Assembly: GCA_951406725.2 (NCBI GenBank)
Contig: OX597819.1
Span: 59,520,001 to 59,584,000 of the forward strand
Source: Octopus vulgaris
Lineage: Eukaryota
Direction of reading: 5' to 3'
DNA length: 64,000 nucleotides
Shown here: one piece after another, positions 12,511-25,660 of the stretch
Layout: every line of letters starts with the position of its first letter
Numbering within the stretch: the first letter of the stretch is position 1
Program-made: the position numbers and the translations under genes
Notes under the pieces: model-generated
Database searches by the model: none
What the model was told of the DNA's origin: nothing
Seen by the model: the letters and a program-made list of their open reading frames with translations, nothing else

Positions 12511-13058
12511 TGTTTACATTATCAAAAGTATGTATAATTCAAAATTTGCTTTTGCTAATGTCTTTTGATGCTTGGTCAGCTGCCCTGATTGAAACAACCT
12601 ATGCTCTAATTAAGGGTCTAATGTGACCCTTAATCTATCATTTGTTTAAAATGCTTTTAATAGAATAAACTCCTCTGTAAGCACCCATTAATGAAGGGGT
12701 TTCATCAAATTTACAGCTGTGGTTTAGCACCAGATCAGCTGTGATTAAGCAGACACAGTCAAAAGTATTCTAGCAATTACCATTCCATCTTTTCCCCTCT
12801 GTGCAGAGAATCCAGAACCTTATAATCCAATATGTCCCTTTTTTTCAGATATCATAATCATCATCGTTTAATGTCCACTTTTCCAGGGTTGAGAACATGG
12901 TTGGATAGCTGGCTTCTTACCCACACAGCCAGTCCTTGTACCTAGAGTAAGGTTTAATTTGAAGAAGATTTGGTTGGTATCTCTAACAAGTCGTGGGACC
13001 ATGTAGAGACTTCCTCATTGGCTTGTGTTATTGTTAAATGGTATTCTTGTTAATTCTG

Positions 13059-13291
13059 AAGGCGGCAAGCTGGCAGAAACGTTAGCACGCCGGGCGAAAT
13101 GCTTAGCGGTATTTTGTCTGCGGTTATGTTCTGAGTTCAAATTCCGCTGAGGTCGACTTTGCCTTTCATCCTTTTGGGGTCGATTAAATAAGTACTAGTT
13201 ACACACTGGGGTCGATATAATCGACTTAATCCATTTGTCTGTCTTTGTTTGTCCCCTCTGTGTTTAGCCCCTTGTGGGTAGTAAAGAAATA
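13059..13291 (+). mobile_element. Young SINE family A copy with a 21 bp TSD
   Basis: GGTATTCTTGTTAATT(C/T)TGAA at 13040-13060 and 13292-13312; CpGs retained in the body. Confidence 0.9.
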
Positions 13292-13909
13292 GGTATTCTT
13301 GTTAATTTTGAATAAATAAATAAATAAATAAATAAGCATTGAAATTAAAACTCTTTATTTTTACTATTAAAATTACTTTCATTATTCTCTATTCAGTTCT
13401 ATATATTATAAAAAAACCTAGAAGGGTGAGAAATCAAGAAGCACTCCTATTTCCCAGACCTGTTAATCTCAAATTCACACCAGAGCAAGCTAAATAAATA
13501 TTTTACAACTCTAAAAGCTTTCAAATTGGGGTTTCTCATTTTAAAGTTAAATCAATAAAACTACCTGTAATCTATTCACCTGCCACTACACCAAAGGTGT
13601 GTCAACATAGCAACAATATAAAAACAAACAAACAGACATCGTTTTTCAGACAAGGAAGTATAAATGAGGTTGTTCAACCTGCTTAGGTACAGCCAGCAAT
13701 CACTAACAAGTGTGCCTTGGTAACATGTATATACTTTTGCTGCTTGCTTTTAGTGCATATGTGACCTCGAGCAGACACATGTAACGAGATTTATTAAGGT
13801 GATGAGAATAAATAAAAGGCATGAACACTCATTATTGTTGCTACATATTATTCCTCTGTTGGTGTTTATTTTAGATATTAAGTATTTGAGTAAAATATAT
13901 TTTTAGGAC

Positions 13910-14224
13910 ACAATTGCAGCGTGTAAGGTGTTTGTAAGCCATTTAAGAAACACACAAAAACTGTTAGATTCACTTCAACATTAAAATTTAATTTGCCAAA
14001 ATATTTTTGTTTTTTTGAGACCATGACCTATTCACTGACAAAATTCCGTGCTGCATTTCAAAGCAACGAAAATATTTTGGCAAATTAAATTTAAATGTTG
14101 AAGTGAATCTAATGGTTTTTGTGTGTTTCTTAAATGGCTTATAAACACCTACCATGCTGCAATTGTTTTCGTTCCAGCACACGATCTCAGATCAGATCAT
14201 TTGCCATGCAAGTACATCTCCGTA
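13910..14224. mobile_element. Fold-back MITE with ~100 bp inverted arms
   Basis: 13910-14007 is the near reverse complement of 14069-14166; right side extends to CATCTCCG-TA, left terminus apparently lost. Confidence 0.8.
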
Positions 14225-16528
14225 GATATTTTCAGGGGTAAAATTAGTTTAAAGAAAATGCTGGGTAGTAGGCTTAGAGAAAAAGTTGTTTTATTTTACT
14301 TTCAATTTCCTTCTCCGTGATCCAGTGGCACATGCAGGATGTTACAATTGGAAGAAAAGACAAGTGCACAAGTACCCAGCTGGTACACATTACAGTTGAG
14401 CAAACTGGAATAATGTGAAATGAAGCACCTTGCTCAAGGAAATGATGCACGACACAACATAAAATTTGAGCCCATGACCTTATGATCACAAACAGGACAC
14501 TCAGACCACTGGATCACATTTTCATGATCTGATAAAAATAGCAGCCAAATTTCACTCAAATTACACCTTGCCATTTTAAATTAGACATTTAAAAAAGATG
14601 GAACAGTCACTGTTGGAATGCCTTTGATCATAGGTTTGCCTGATCAGAGTTGACCTGGGGTTAAACAATAATGACAAACACAGTTTTTGATTCAAGACTT
14701 CAAATTTATTGAAAGACCATGTTTATGGTTATATGATAAATTTGTGTTGGCTGTTGCTGTTGTTTAGCCTCAGGAAATCTCTAATTAAATTTGCCTATGA
14801 TCATAAACATTCCAGCTATGGCCATCAAGCCCTTTGGATGGGGCATAGGGTGTCTAGAACTTCATTATGCAACGTTTCCTTAACATACTTTTTAAGAAGG
14901 TAGAGTGTGATACGAGGGAGATTTAGCTGCTATTTCTAGCATATCGATCGACTAGGTAGAGGCTTCTTTGTTGGATCATATTTCCATTTTGTTTCAGCAG
15001 GAAAATGCATTGTTGTAGTTGTGCTTCAATTTATTTTCAATGCTGTTCTAAAATCATTGGTCTCTGACAATTTGTTTAACCACTCCATGATCATATTTCT
15101 AATGGTATACATTTCCTGTGTGCTTTAATTCATTAACTAAATATTCAAGAATTTAAAGCTGGTTAATAAAATGGAATAACTTTGTCACAATTAAACTGGT
15201 GTTAGGAACATAACCGAACAAAATTACTATGAAAGGTTTTTTATTTAAATATCAACATTTTAAAATAAGGGGCTTTTCTATCAAAGAACCATAGGTGATC
15301 TCATGTGGATTGATATTGAAAAAGTTAATAATTTGAAAATTTCAAATCCTGCCAGAATTGTTTTTATCTTTCATTCTTTTAAGGTTGTTATTAAAATAAA
15401 TACCAGTAATATACTGGTGTCAAATCAATTACTGTATGTCTTTTTTGTTATCAAGTTGATTTTGTGCATAGGAAAGTTTTTGTCTTCCTTCTTTCTCTTT
15501 CTCTTGCTGTCTGTCTCTGCCTCTCTTCCACTCCCCCTCTCTTTATTTTATCTCCCTCTCTTTCTCCATTTCACATTTCTCTCTCCTCCTCCTTTCTCTC
15601 TCTAATTAGTGTTCTCTCCCATCCCCATCTCTGATTATGATTCCATTCTTCTGTCTTTTCAGTCTTGGCATTGCTACCTGTCTCCTTGCTTTCTGCTTTT
15701 TGTTTAAGGACCACCATCCAACATCTAATGTTCTACTATCATTTCCTCTTAGCATTACACAATCATCTCTGGTACATTGTTTCTTGGGATTTTTTTTTCA
15801 CTCAAGTAAAAAGACACTCATTCTTTAATATTTCTTGACACTTTGTCTTGTATTCTGTTTGTCTTCATTATAGATGCTGAATGTTTGTTTAGTTGACTAA
15901 TTTAAATATTTTTTGTATCTTATTTTTTTGTATATTTTCATATAATTGACATCATCACGTCTTTGACACTACTTTTTAGCACCCTGAAGTGAGCAATCCT
16001 GTCGATAACATGCTGAAATTGCCTTAATTTTCATTCAACAGCTGATGAGAGGCAATGGTTTTCGTGTTTGTATCTTGTCCTATGGATTTTACCTGTTGTT
16101 TATGCTTAATTTTCCTTATAGATACATATGTACATACATACATACAAACATACATATATAAACACACACACAAGAAGCCAAACTGTTTATATAGTCAACA
16201 AATGCAGCAGTTACTCTATGAAGGGGTTCCTAATTTGCATACAGAAAGTGTTTAACACTCCATAAATACCAGTGGCCTGTCAACTGAGATCTTAGCCCAA
16301 ATGGTATGATATTATAAATATGTATGACTGCATAAAACATTTACAAAATTAATTACAGATTTACAGTGTTATGGGGGCACAAGTATAGCTGGTGTGATGA
16401 AGACATTCACTTTATAAATATCTAATTCTGAGTTTGATCTCATTATGCAGCACCTTAGGCAGTGTCTTCAAGTTTTGAGAGGAATTTGTTGCTTGAAAAC
16501 AGTACAAAAACCCATTGTGTGTGTGTGT

Positions 16529-16614
<86 letters not shown>

Positions 16615-16910
16615 GCACACACATTCATGCATGCATAAGTACATGAATGAATTAGTGTTTGTGCGTTTGCGAGGATGTATCTTTCCTCAATGTGTATTGG
16701 TAAGCACATCAGTGAGAAAACCAAACACTAGTACTTTACAAATGAGATCCCTTTAGTTATTTGTTCTGCATTGAATTACAAGCACTCCAATTGTCATTCT
16801 TGGTACTAGATGTGCAGTGAACTATACCTGTAACTAACAATTCTTTTGTTCATAAGCTGAGTTATGAACTGAATACATAAGTAAATAGATAAATGCATAT
16901 ACATACATAC

Positions 16911-17210
16911 ATTTAAATCCACTGAAAAAGTTTATGCATATGTATATATACATACAAACATATATGCAAACATACATATATACATACATACATACATACA
17001 TACATACATACATACATACATACATACATACATACATACATACATACATACATACATACATACATACATTCATGCATGCATGCATTCATGCATGCATGCA
17101 TGCATGTATGTATGTATGTATGTATGTATGTATGTATGTATATATGTATGTTTGCATATATGTTTGTATGTATATATACATATGCATAAACCTTTTCAGT
17201 GGATTTAAAT
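16911..17210. repeat. Near-perfect ~300 bp palindrome centred on (ATGC)n
   Basis: 16911-16980 equals the reverse complement of 17141-17210 with one mismatch; inner arms are (CATA)n and (TATG)n. Confidence 0.9.
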
Positions 17211-18108
17211 TTTACTTAACTATACAGTAGTGTAATTACAATTAACAACTGAATGAAGGTGAGAAAGGATGGGCGGGGTTTTAACAGCAGTAACAACAAA
17301 CTCCTGTTAAGATTCATGCATCCATCCAGTGTGTACGCTAAGTCACATAAGTGAATGTTCATAATAGTCTCAATAAACCTGTGAACCATTGATGCCAATG
17401 ACTGGAGAACAGGAAACAAAATAAAGAGAATGAACAATTAACAGAATGAATGAATAGCCGAGTGAATGAATGCCAGTATTTGAACCTAACTTCACACACA
17501 AGACTCATTTTACTTCAATGACCCACTTACATACATATAAACCTCATAGGAAACATGTCAACACATGGAATAATGATCTAGCAGGAAATAATAACAGCTT
17601 AATGTTTTGTGGAGGAGTAGGTGTAGGGGTGTGATGTGGTGTGTGGGTGAGTTTGTCGAATTAGCTAAATCTAAATATTACACTGATTATTATTCAAACA
17701 TTTGAAGGGTGGAGGAATTTTAGAAGTAGTTGATTGTAGGATTATGTGACTTGTGGCATTTAGTTACATTCCTTTACATTCTGAGTTCAAATCCTTTCAG
17801 AGTTGACTTTTCTCCTTTCATCTTTTTTGGTGGAGGTCAAATTGAATGAACTCCACTTCTTTTCCCATTAAAATCTGCCACTACATGCCAGTGTGAGAAA
17901 TCTTTATTTAAACATTTGCAATAGGCACAGACATGGCTGATTAAGAAACTGCCTTTGCAATAACCTGGGGTTTCAGGTTCATCCCAACAGCATGGCATCT
18001 TGGGCAAGAGTCTTCTATTATAGCCTCAGGCCAACCAAAACCTTGTAAGTGAATTTGGTAGATAGAAATTGTGAGGAAACCTGTTGTGTGTGTGTGTGTG
18101 TGTGTGTA

Positions 18109-18940
18109 CTAGGGGGTACCCATAAGAAACTAAAATTTTGCAATATTATATTATTCACTTATTCAAAGTATTCTCCATTTGAAGCAATGCATCAGTGCAA
18201 ATGCATTTTTCACTGTTTGAAGCAGTGCTGGAATTCTTGCGATGTGATGCCTTTTAATGCCTCTGTTGTTTTTTCTTCTCTTTTTCCACATCTGCAAATT
18301 CCATAGCACCAGCTTTTGTCACCGGTGATGACCCTTCAAAAGAAGGCTTGGATCAATTTCCAGCTGTTCTTTCAGTTCATGTCACACATTCAGTCATGAC
18401 CGCTTTCGATCTTCTGTGAGCAAGTGAGGCACAAATTTTTCTGCAACTCTTTTCATTTGCAATTTCTCACTCCAGATTTGTTTGCAGGAGTTCCTGGACT
18501 CACCAGCCATATCAACAAGTTTGTTAATTGTTCGGTGACAGGCCTCCAAGATGAGTTCATGAATTTTCATGATGTTTTCACTCATTCTTTCAGGAGGTTG
18601 ATAGTTGTTCTGAACAAGGTTGGTCTTCAAGCAACAAGTGACCATTCTGAAAGTGTAGAAACCACTCATAAACTTGTGTTTTGCTCATGTCAGCGTCCTT
18701 GTAAGCTGGTTGAAGCATGACAACTGTTTTGGCCACCATTTTCTCCAGCAGAAAACAGAATTTCACAGAAGCACGATGTTCCTTCATTTCAGCCATTGCA
18801 AAAATTGACAAACAAGGCAGAAACACTGCAAAACAAAGACGTACTCCATGGCAGTACGACTTCACTTGATGAATCCAGTCGCATACTGATGCTTGAGTGT
18901 CACATCAAGTAGCTTCTAGTGATGGAAGCCTATACTAATG
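18109..18940 (-). mobile_element. Decayed mariner element inserted in the (GT)n tract of an older SINE
   Basis: MAEMKEHRASVKFCFLLEK..VYEWFLHFQNG..EDQPCSEQLSTS and KRVAEKFVPHLLTE (HTH region and WVPHEL-like motif); frameshifted. Confidence 0.85.
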
Positions 18941-19571
18941 GGTTTGTCCAACAAAAACATTTCTGCTGTGTTCTTCATTTCTAATCTGTGAAATCTTGTC
19001 CAGCCTCGAGGAAATATTATGTGGAAACAGGTGAGTGTTAGAAATGAGAAGAGTGTCTGGCTGTAGAAAATCTGTCTCAATGAATTCTAGCCAACCCATG
19101 CAAGCATGGAAAAGTAGATTTTAAAACAGTGATGATGGTGATGACGACAAGGGTATTGATGGTATATAGTCCCTGACTTTATGTCTGAACTTTATTATAG
19201 GGTTAGTGGAACCATAATTGTTTCAAATTTTGGCATTAGACCAGCAGTTTTAAGAGGGGGTTTATCATGCAGACTTTCTGTGGCTCTTGTTGTCCCACTG
19301 GAGGACACCAGCCCTATCGGTGTGCTTTTTATCTGATTATAGCTCAAGACCCATGCTGTTTTGTACGGGTGCGTCATCTATTCACGTCTGTGATTGACCA
19401 AAGTAGGTTAAAGCACCACTGGCAACACTTCAAGATGGACATGACTCTTGATGCAGCATGGTCATAAACTAGGAGAGGCAATAATTTCACTTTGTTAGTC
19501 TCTAAGGGAATATGTGCCATCTCGTTACCAAGGAGAGGTGGGTTAGTCAATTACATTAGTTCCAGTACTAA

Positions 19572-20000
19572 CTTTTTTAATTGTTTCATTCATTTGACTG
19601 AGGCCAGGCTGGAGTACTACCTTTAGTCAAGCAAATCGACCCCAGGACTTATTCTTTGTAAGCTTAGTACTTATTCTATCAGTCTCCTTTGCTGAACTGC
19701 TAAGTGATGGTGGTTGTAAACACATCAGCATCGGTTGTCAAGTGATGGTGCGGGGTACAAACACAAACACACACACACACACACATGCACACACACACAT
19801 ACATATATGATGCACATATGTGTGTGTGTGTTTGTGTGACAGGCTTCTGTCAGTTTCCCTCTACCAAATCCACTAACAAGGCTTTGTTTGGCCCGAGGCT
19901 ATAGTAGAAGATGCTTGCCCAAGATGCCACACAGTGGGACTGAACCTGGAACCATGTGGTTGGTAAGCAAGCTACTTACCACACAGCCACTCCTGCACCT
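19572..20000 (-). mobile_element. SINE family B, full length
   Basis: Ends in ACACAGCCACTCCTGCACC, the reverse complement of the family B head. Confidence 0.85.
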
Positions 20001-20020
20001 ATTAATATTTTATTGATTAA

Positions 20021-20237
20021 TAAGGCGGCAGGCTGGCAGAAATGTTAGCATGCTGGGCGAAATGCTTAGCGGTATTTCGTCTGTCTTTACATTCTGAGAT
20101 CAAATTTCCCCCGAGGTCGACTTTGCCTTTCATCCTTTCAGGATCGATAAATTAAGTACCAGTTCTGTACTGGGGTCAATCTAATCGATTGGCCCCCTCC
20201 CAAAAATTTCGGGCCTTGTACTTAGAGTAGAAAAGAA
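20021..20237 (+). mobile_element. SINE family A copy with a ~19 bp TSD
   Basis: AATATTTT(T)ATTGATTAATA at 20004-20022 and 20236-20255. Confidence 0.85.
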
Positions 20238-20997
20238 TATTTTATTGATTAATATTTAACTTTATTTTGACCCAGAAAGGATGAAAGGCAAAGCTGACCT
20301 CAAAACATAAACAGCCAGAAGAAATCCCATTAAGCATTCTGTCTAATGAGCTAATAATTCTGCTAGTCCACTGTGTTTAAGGAACAAACCATAATAAGTA
20401 GAATAAAGTAGAATAAATAACATGTTTATTCCAGCAGAACCTTGACATACCAAAAATAACAAAATAACAAAAAGAAAAAGAAAATTTTTAAGGAATTGTG
20501 CAGTGTTGTTAATGCTGGTGCACAATGTTGCATCATTGACTGTGAACCAATTTTGTGAGTAGCAAATGCATTCGTTGTTGTTTTAAACGACAATATGATG
20601 CAATAAACAAATCACTGAAGAAAAATGCAAGAACAAAACAAAAAAAAAGAAATGGAACAGAGAAGAATTACGAGTTTTCATTGTTGCCATCATTATCATC
20701 ATCATCACCATCATCATCGTTTCATTGTTGTCATCAACATCATCATCACATCTATCAGCAGCAGCAGTACCTCCACCACCACCACCATCATCATCATTGT
20801 CATCATCATCATCATCATCATCATCATGTCTTATCTTTTTCTTGTTTCAATTATTGAACTGAGGCCATGCTGGGGCACTGCCATGAAAGGTTGAACATGT
20901 TACATGTCCTCCCTCCACCCCACCTGTGTTGTGCTCATTCAATCGGTCTCTTTTGCTGAACTGAAAATTTACAGGGACACAAAAAAAAACCACCATT

Positions 20998-21237
20998 GGG
21001 CACAGGAGTGGCTGTATGGTAAGTCGCTTGCTTACCAACCACATGGTTCCAGGTTCATTCCCACTGCATGGTACCTTGGGCAAGTGTCTTCTACTATAGC
21101 CTCGGGCTGACCAAAGCCTTGTGAGTGTATTTGGTAGACGGAAACTGAAAGAAGCCCGTCGTATATATGCATATATATATGTATATATATGTGTGTGTGT
21201 GTGTGTATGTTTGTGTGTCTGTGTTTGTCCCCCCAAC
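20998..21237 (+). mobile_element. SINE family B 5' half, cut off by a hammerhead-bearing element
   Basis: GGGCACAGGAGTGGCTGTATGGTAAG head through GTTTGTCCCCCCAACA, then unrelated sequence. Confidence 0.8.
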
Positions 21238-21292
21238 AACAACAACAACAAATACCTTAGGAATGAGAACCCAGGTTCAAAATTTCCCCCAA

Positions 21293-21338
21293 GACACCTG
21301 ATGAAGGCTGGAGGGTATATCAGCCGAAACGTTGTGTT
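21293..21338 (+). ncRNA. Minimal type I hammerhead ribozyme motif in a ~190 bp Penelope-like repeat (21240-21430)
   Basis: GACAC-CTGATGA-A-GGCTG(GAGGGTATAT)CAGCC-GAAAC-GTT-GTGTT: stem I GACAC/GTGTT, 5 bp stem II, palindromic ACGT stem III. Confidence 0.75.
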
Positions 21339-21900
21339 AACAACAAACAAAATGAGGACAAATATCTGTCAATTGTAAATAATGTAAATAATGTACATAC
21401 TTCCTTAATCTCTTAAACATAGAACAAGTAAACACAGAGAAAGGACCCTGTGTCAGTTGTTAGCTGTCTATCTACTTCTCATTTCAACCATTCAATGACA
21501 TTACGACTCTTCAAAGACATCTGCTCCCATAAATTCTAAAATAAAATTTAGGATTTATGGAGGGGCAAATTCGGAACAAAAATATGACAGTGGAGACATA
21601 CATTGAAACCAAATGAAAAGAAACATGGAGGATCGTTGGACCAGAACAAGAGGAAAATAGTGAATGCTGGGAGAAACAGTTTTTTTTTAGAGAAAAGAAA
21701 GAAGAGAGAGAGAAAAAAAAACACATCTGCTCTTTTGAACATCCGTGCAGGAAAAGAAAGATAGTCATGTGAGGAAAAGAAAGATGGACAATGGTCATGT
21801 GTTACAGATGGTCACAGATACAGGATATTAAAGCCAACAATGATTAGGTAGGTAATGGTGGTGAAGTGTAAGAGTAGCATCTTATCCAGGGGAAATTATA

Positions 21901-21933
<33 letters not shown>

Positions 21934-22478
21934 TTTCACATGTGTATGTGTACGAAGATATGTGTTTGTGTGTATATATGACTGTTTCATGAGTAAGGAA
22001 TTGTTCCAGTTATAAAGAAGGATAACCTTTTATACTTACGTTGTAATATAACTGAGCTATACCGATATACATAATAATAAGCTGATTAGTAATAAAAACT
22101 TGTGTTGTTCAAAGTATTAGTTGCTTTTTCCTATCTGTGTATAACATCTCTGATCTCTTGTCTGAGAAACTTTGGTCTGCCATTAGAACCAGAATAAAGA
22201 AAGCAACACTGGTGACCTGCCATCCCACTCCTAATGAGGTAAATCTCAATAGGTTTTCTGGGTTGGTGGGTAGGAGAGTAAAAGACAAACATTATTTTTA
22301 ATCATTATCTTTGTTGGTATAATTGCTTCCAGAAAAAATGTTTTTTCTTCTTGAGCAATGAATCTTATCTTGTCTTTTATCATAATCCTAATCCCATTCA
22401 TATATAGAATATATTGTGCAGAAGTGGTACCATTGCCAATGAGGGTTTTCTAAAGCAATGTTATGGCTAGATGAAAAT

Positions 22479-22513
<35 letters not shown>

Positions 22514-22515
22514 TT

Positions 22516-23140
22516 ATAGACATCGCACAGCATACAATATCATGAGGTTGTTGATTGAAGTTATTGTGTCTACCAGGGGTTTTGTATGGTTTGTCAAGTC
22601 ACAACAAGGACCCCAAACAGACAGTACTTTACGCAATATGCGTGCAGTTCCAAGTAATGCTGACTTTTGCAGTACATCTAGATTGTAGGGTATTTCTAAG
22701 GTTTTCAGATGTTTTTCAGATTGGGTGGTATTGAGCCCAATGGTCTGATGACAATAGGGATATTCTTTATGTTTGACTCTCGTAGCTACCACAGCCTAGT
22801 AATCTCAATTCTCAGGTCTCCATATTTATCAACCTTTTCTCTTTCTTTCATGATGACATGTTGATCTCTTGGTACTGCTACATTGATTATTAGGCACTCT
22901 TATTTGTCCACTGGGGCAAAATATACCTATCATGACTACTTGTCTGATAAGGTAACCAGGCACTTGCATTACAACCATATGTTCATGACATAGTGATCTC
23001 ATATCAAGATTCACAGTGCATGACTTTGCAGGTAGGACCCAGCTGGAATTTTCTTCAGGTCAAGTAGTCCATCCTGCTCAAAAGCTCCCTGAATATGCAT
23101 TGCTTAAGTACGTTGAACAAAACAACCATGTTTCCAAATA
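22516..23140 (-). mobile_element. R4/Dong-like element, internally deleted (non-coding segment fused to RLE C-terminus)
   Basis: VAVPRDQHVIMKEREKVDKYGDLRIE and PYNLDVLQKSALLGTARILRKVLSV on the minus strand; 3' end abuts (TAC)n at 22478-22515. Confidence 0.8.
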
Positions 23141-23379
23141 TTCATTTTTAGTATTCACGTATGTGAGAACAGTCGAGTTTATTTCAGATATTCTCATTTT
23201 AAAAATCATCTCTAGTTAATCTTTGAGAGGACATTGGTGTTGCTTTGATGGAGGTTTGCTCTCTCTGAGTGCTCTTCTTCTTGTTTTTGTTGTTGTTGTT
23301 GTTGTTGCTGTTGCTGCTGCTGCTGCTTTTAGCCTCCTCCTCCTCCTCCTCCTCCTACTACTACTACTACTACTACTAT

Positions 23380-23606
23380 TATTGATGTTGCACAGTATAC
23401 AATATCATAAGGTAGGTTGCTGATTGAAGATATTGTGTCTACCAGGGGTTTGTACTGTTTGTCAAGTCACAACAAGGACCTCCAACAAGCAGTACTTTAT
23501 GCAATATGCACACAGTTCCAAGTAATGCCGACTTTTGTGATACATCTAGGTTGTAGACAGTAGGGGATTTCTAAGGTTTTCAGATGTTTTTTTCAGATTG
23601 GGTGGT
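23380..23606 (-). mobile_element. Second 3' fragment of the same R4/Dong-like family
   Basis: Homologous to 22516-22730; 3' end abuts (CTA)n at 23355-23378. Confidence 0.8.
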
Positions 23607-24344
23607 TTCTCTCTCCACAACTTCTGTCCCTCCACTATCTTCACCTCACTCCCCCCACCTCATAAACCAAGTTTTTGTCTCAAATTATTATCATTACAAC
23701 TACAAATTACATTCTGAGTTGAAATTCCTCCAAGGTCAACTTTGCCTTTCATCTTTCGCCACCACCATGCCACCCATGACAATGATATCAATGTCTTCAT
23801 CATACATGTTTGAATTTCAACTTACATGCTTTGCTGCACACTACACAATTAGTATATTCCAGACATGGTGATAAAAGATTGCTAAATGTAGATTGCTTTT
23901 GTGAACATAGCATGTGATTTCACGTGATCAATGAAGCCTGCTTTGCAAAGAACATATTCACAGGCTTTGTACTTTCTGCTTTTCAAACTATGCAAGGCTC
24001 ATTTCAGCTCAGCATTTTCGATCTATCCATTCTCAAACATGTTGCATCATTCCTTAATGGATATTTCCAGTCATTCTGAGTTTCTGTCAGCTATTTCCAA
24101 TTAGATTTATTGTTAGCTTGTTGTTAGGTTGTATTTTATGCAGCCCATATATCATTTTTTAGAATACTTTGTGATCCCCCCTCCTCCTCCGTCCCTCCTC
24201 CTCCACCTCCTTCTCCTTGCCTCCTCCATCTCTTCTCTGCCTCCTCCTATCTTACTCCTCCCTTCTTCCTTCTCCCTCTCTTCTCTGCATCCTCCTTTTC
24301 TTCATCCTATTCCTCTCTTCCTCTTCTTCTCCTGCTTCCTCCTC

Positions 24345-24850
24345 CTCAAGAAACTGCAGGTATGGAAACAAGGTCTGGAATAAAAAAGGCCTTAGAGTTA
24401 ATTTAGCAAATACCAAAGTCCTGATAAGTAGGAAAACAGACAACTCACAGATCCCTTCAAGGAGACGGTACTGCTCAATATGTAGAAAAGGCATCAGGAA
24501 AAACTCCAAGCTATGGACACATAAGAGGTGCAGCAGAAGACTAAGAGAGGAAGTAGTCATTACATGTGGCAGATCTGCAGGTACATTAAACACCAGGAAT
24601 GAACCAAAAATAGACTCCCTCATATGTCAGGTGGGATCCTTAGAAGTAATAGACATTTTCCATTACTTAGGTGACCATAGGCGCAGGAGTGGCTGTGTGG
24701 TAAGTAGCTTGCCAACCAACCACATGGTTCCGGGTTCAGTCCCACTGTGTGGCATCTTAGGCAAGCATCTTCTGCTATAGCCTCAGGCCGACCAATGCCT
24801 TGTGAGTGGATTTGGTAGACGGAAACTGAAAGAAGCCTGTCGTATATATG

Positions 24851-24904
<54 letters not shown>

Positions 24905-25660
24905 TGTGTCTGTGTTTGTCCCTCTAGCATTGCTTGACAACCAATGCTGGTGTGTTTACGTCCCCGTCACTTAACGGTTCGGCGAAAGAGACCGATAGAA
25001 TAAGTAGTTGGCTTACAAAGAATAAGTCCCAGGGTCGATTTGCTCGACTAAAGGCAATGCTCCAGCATGGCCGCAGTCAAATGACTGAAACAAGTAAAAG
25101 AGTAAAAGAGTAAGTTAGTGGTGGTGGAAGTGGTTCTGAAAGTATAACTGCTGGAATAAGAATAGGCTGGGTAAAGTTCAGAGAGCTTCTGCCTCTGTTA
25201 GTGATGAAGGGCCTCTCCCTCAGAGTGAAAGGTAGATTGTATGTCGGTGTGTGAACAGATATGTTACATGGCAGTGAGACATGGGCTGTGACTACTGAGG
25301 ATAAGCAAAGACTTGAAAGAAATGAAGCCAGTTTGTTTGCTAGATGGGTAATGTCAATGTATATGTGACAGCATGTAAGTAATTTGAGAGAAAAACTGGT
25401 TATATGATACACCAGATGTAGTGTGCAAGAGAGAAGACTGCACTGGTATGGCCATGTGATGCATATGAATGAAGACAGTTGCATCAAGAGGTGCTTATCT
25501 CTAATTGTGGAGGGAACATGTGAATGGGATAGACCCAAGAAGACATAGGACAAAGTGGTAAGAAAGGATCTTTAGACGTTGGGCCTCACAGAGAGGATGA
25601 CAGAGGACCAAGACTCCTGGTGGTTTGCTGTGCTTGAGAAGACACATTAAGCTAAGTAAG
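24345..25660 (+). mobile_element. RTE-clade LINE 3' fragment interrupted by a SINE (24680-25111)
   Basis: KGLRVNLANTKVL..CSICRKG..WTHKRC..FHYLGD | IRIGWVKFRELLPLL..MLHGSETWAVT..LERNEAS..LHWYGHV; stops and frameshifts present. Confidence 0.9.
24680..25111 (+). mobile_element. SINE family B, full length, tRNA-derived head and internal microsatellite
   Basis: A box TGGCTGTGTGG, B box GGTTCAGTCCC, internal (TA)/(TG)n, tail GTAAAAGAGTAAAAGAG. Further partial copies near 7355, 16385, 33472, 34810, 39298, 39790 and 55650. Confidence 0.9.
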
